Assembly (NCBI RefSeq): GCF_009914755.1
Contig: NC_060930.1
DNA length: 64,000 nucleotides
Origin: the human T2T-CHM13v2.0 reference genome, Homo sapiens
Direction: 5' to 3' (one strand)
Below the pieces are notes generated by a model. The model saw only the letters and a program-made list of their open reading frames with translations. It was not told the DNA's origin and ran no database searches. Position numbers and translations under genes: made by a program. Shown piece by piece: positions 61,358 through 64,000 of this stretch; position 1 is the stretch's first letter, and every line of letters begins with the position of its first letter.

Positions 61358-62689
61358 TTAGAAGACAGTTGGGGTGGGGAGGAACGAACACATTCTGCAG
61401 TCATACCAGTAGGAACGAAAAGGAGAGATGTAAGATACATTTCAAGAAATCATGTGCAGAATTTGGTATCTGACAGAATATGACAGGGAGGGAGGGGGAG
61501 TCCATAGCTCCAGGCAATGTGGCATCAAGATGCTAGGATCCCAGGCCAGTGCCTGAGAAACCTGACAGCATCACCCACAGAAAGAAATTAAGTGTGGAAA
61601 GACATGAAAGAAGAAAATGTCCTTCAGGAAACTAGATCTGTAGGACTCTGAGCAGGAAAGATATTGGGTCACAGACAATATGCCCTATAAATTACTAGAA
61701 TGGTAGATGGTGTAAAGTTTAGCTACATTAGTAGTAAGAGTGTATTGTTTTGTTCATGTAGCTTTTTTTTTTTTCTCTAAGCCAAGCACTGTGTTAACTG
61801 CTTTATACAACAACTCTGCTGGGGGTGGGGTGCCGGGGGCGGGAGGGGGGGGGGTCAATGTTATTAACCCCAGATGAGGAAATACTTGAGAGAGGCTAAA
61901 TAATATCCTTGATGTCATAGAAGTAGCAAGAGGCAGAAACGAAATTCCAGCTGGTGGTCTTATGTGAAACTAGATTGCACAGTAAGAATGTGTCACATTA
62001 TAACTTCTCATTATTAGGCAAAACATGTGAGTAGGCAACCCTGCAAAACTAGCAAGTGGGTGACACTATAAAAAGCTAAACAGGATAAATTTTGGATTAC
62101 CCACCTTCCTGATCTATCTTTAGTGAAATGTCAGTTCCACTCTGTAGTCAAGACTTATGACTAACAGAGTACTGAGCATAGGAAACATCTTAATACATTG
62201 TTTAATGAAACAAAGTATTTTAGAGCATGCTGGCAAACTGCATTTAGTTTATAATCTTCCAGCCTTATTCTATATGCATGAGGGAATCATTAGTTCCAGT
62301 GTAGTCTTTCCTAGCAGCTTCTGTGTCTACGAACAGAGAGCTGAGAGTGGCCTGACATTCGTTCCAACAATTAGGATTAGCTTAAAATGCTGGGACTTCA
62401 CTGCATTGCCGCAGTAACTTTTGCAGCTTTTCCCCACTGGAGGTCACTGTCACCTTGCAGTTGCAGAGAAGAACCTCAATTTGTGGTGGTAAAGAAAGTG
62501 GACGTTTTCATCTATCTAGGCTGGCTGTAGTTGCTTAAAGAAATCAACCAACCAACCAAAGCAACAATCATTAAAACATACTTCAGATCATGTGGCAAAA
62601 AACTGTCCTTAGAAAATTCATCACTGATAGCGCTTGTTTTCAAATAATGTTTCATCTTGACACTTTTTAATTTTTAGGTTACTATAACA

Positions 62690-62840
62690 GTAGATACATG
62701 TTATTATATATTTGTCCAAACCCACAGAATGTGCAGCAACAAGAGTGAACCCTAATGTGAACCATGGACTCTGAGTGATAATGATATGTTAATGTAAGTT
62801 TATCCATTGTAAAATATGTCCCACTCTATTGGGATTGTTA
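62690..62840 (+). mobile_element. L1M 3' fragment
   Basis: tttgtccaaacccacagaatg...gtgaaccctaatgtgaaccatggact motif. Confidence 0.7.
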
Positions 62841-64000
62841 ATAGTTGATAAATATTTTGAATTCAGTTAAAATTTCTACAAAGAGACCCAAGCACCTGTT
62901 TCATATGTTGGGCAAGCGAATGCATTCAAAGATCAGATGGTATATAGCTTCATAACTTTGAGCCAATTCCTGACCTCACTAAGCCTCAGTTTGCTCACCT
63001 AAAAGGTAGAGATAAGAATTCTACCAACTTCGGCCAGGCACAGTGGCTCACACCCGGAATCCCAACACTTTGGGAGGCCAAGGCAGGCAGATCACTACTG
63101 GAGAGCCTGACCAGAACCAACACAGTGTCTTTTGTGCAGTGGTGGCTCAGTAATGATTTGCTGAGTAAATTAATACAGAATCTAGGCATAAATATTTAAA
63201 GGAAAGCTGAGACACTAAGGAATCTTGGGTGAGTCCATCTGACTTTTCCCGGACTTTCAGTTTCTCTTCAGAGAAGGGTTTGAATGAGCTGACCCCCGAA
63301 GTTCCTACGCATTAAGGTCCCTAATCTTTGAGTTACAACCTGTGGGTCAGAGCACAGCCTTCAGTGTCCCATTCACTATGGAAACGCCACGACAACCTGT
63401 GTGCATCTGAAACCCCAAGTGGAGGCAGCCATGAGTCATGGATTATGTTTATACTGGTATCCAATTGAGCACATAGCATACTATCACCCTCAATGGACTG
63501 GCAAATCAGATACTTTTCCCCATTAAAAATGGCAAATGAGGTTTTAAAAAATCATTACAATTAATACAAAATGCCAGGAGGCACTGTACAGGTTGTATCT
63601 CCATATTTAAGAAGACCTAGGGCCTAAATATACTTAAGCACATAAGAGAAATGTACTGATAGCAGTACTAACATACAGCATTTTACATTTTACAAAGAAC
63701 TTTCACACATGCATGGTACTTTATTTGGCCCTAAGAGCAACCCTGTGCAGTAGAGGGGGCTGCAGAAACTGACCTGCATATACTGTTGTGTAAAGAACTT
63801 AAAGAACTCCACTGGGAGGGCAGGGCCAGGACTGGAAGCTGCATCTCCTGACCCCAGTGATTCAGCTTGAACAGGATGTTTAACTGTGAAGCACGAAGTT
63901 GGGTATAGCAGGACAATCCTTCATGGTGGCATAGAGTGCAAGCTAGGTGCCCACCATGGGGTTCAAAGCCCAGCTCTTTTGCATGTGGGTTTTGGGCAGG

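Overview
Primate (very probably human) genomic DNA, rich in Alu/L1/LTR/DNA-transposon fragments. The window lies inside MYLK4 (myosin light chain kinase family member 4) on the minus strand. Nine coding exons (16440 down to 1801) splice in frame from AKEVWSNAD through almost the whole kinase domain. The 5' exons and the last exons lie outside the window, so 16441-64000 is one long MYLK4 intron. Reading that intron by hand gave the main result: a chain of about 24 decayed, same-strand exons (about 61356 down to 21266, about 6.6 kb, about 2,200 codons). Most have AG/GT splice sites, most junction phases match, several exons are fully open, and others carry stops or frameshifts. The reconstructed protein seems to contain three repeats that resemble, by eye, the conserved N-terminal and light-chain regions of MAP1A/B/S, followed by a low-complexity region and a C-terminal domain. 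I read this as a nested, intron-containing (unitary-type) pseudogene. Two further decayed exons (15563-16010, 13709-14025) look like relics of a longer MYLK4 N-terminus. There are also two non-TE inverted duplications, one with a template-switch signature, and a 500-bp (GGT)n tract. All homology calls are by eye and from memory; no searches were run.
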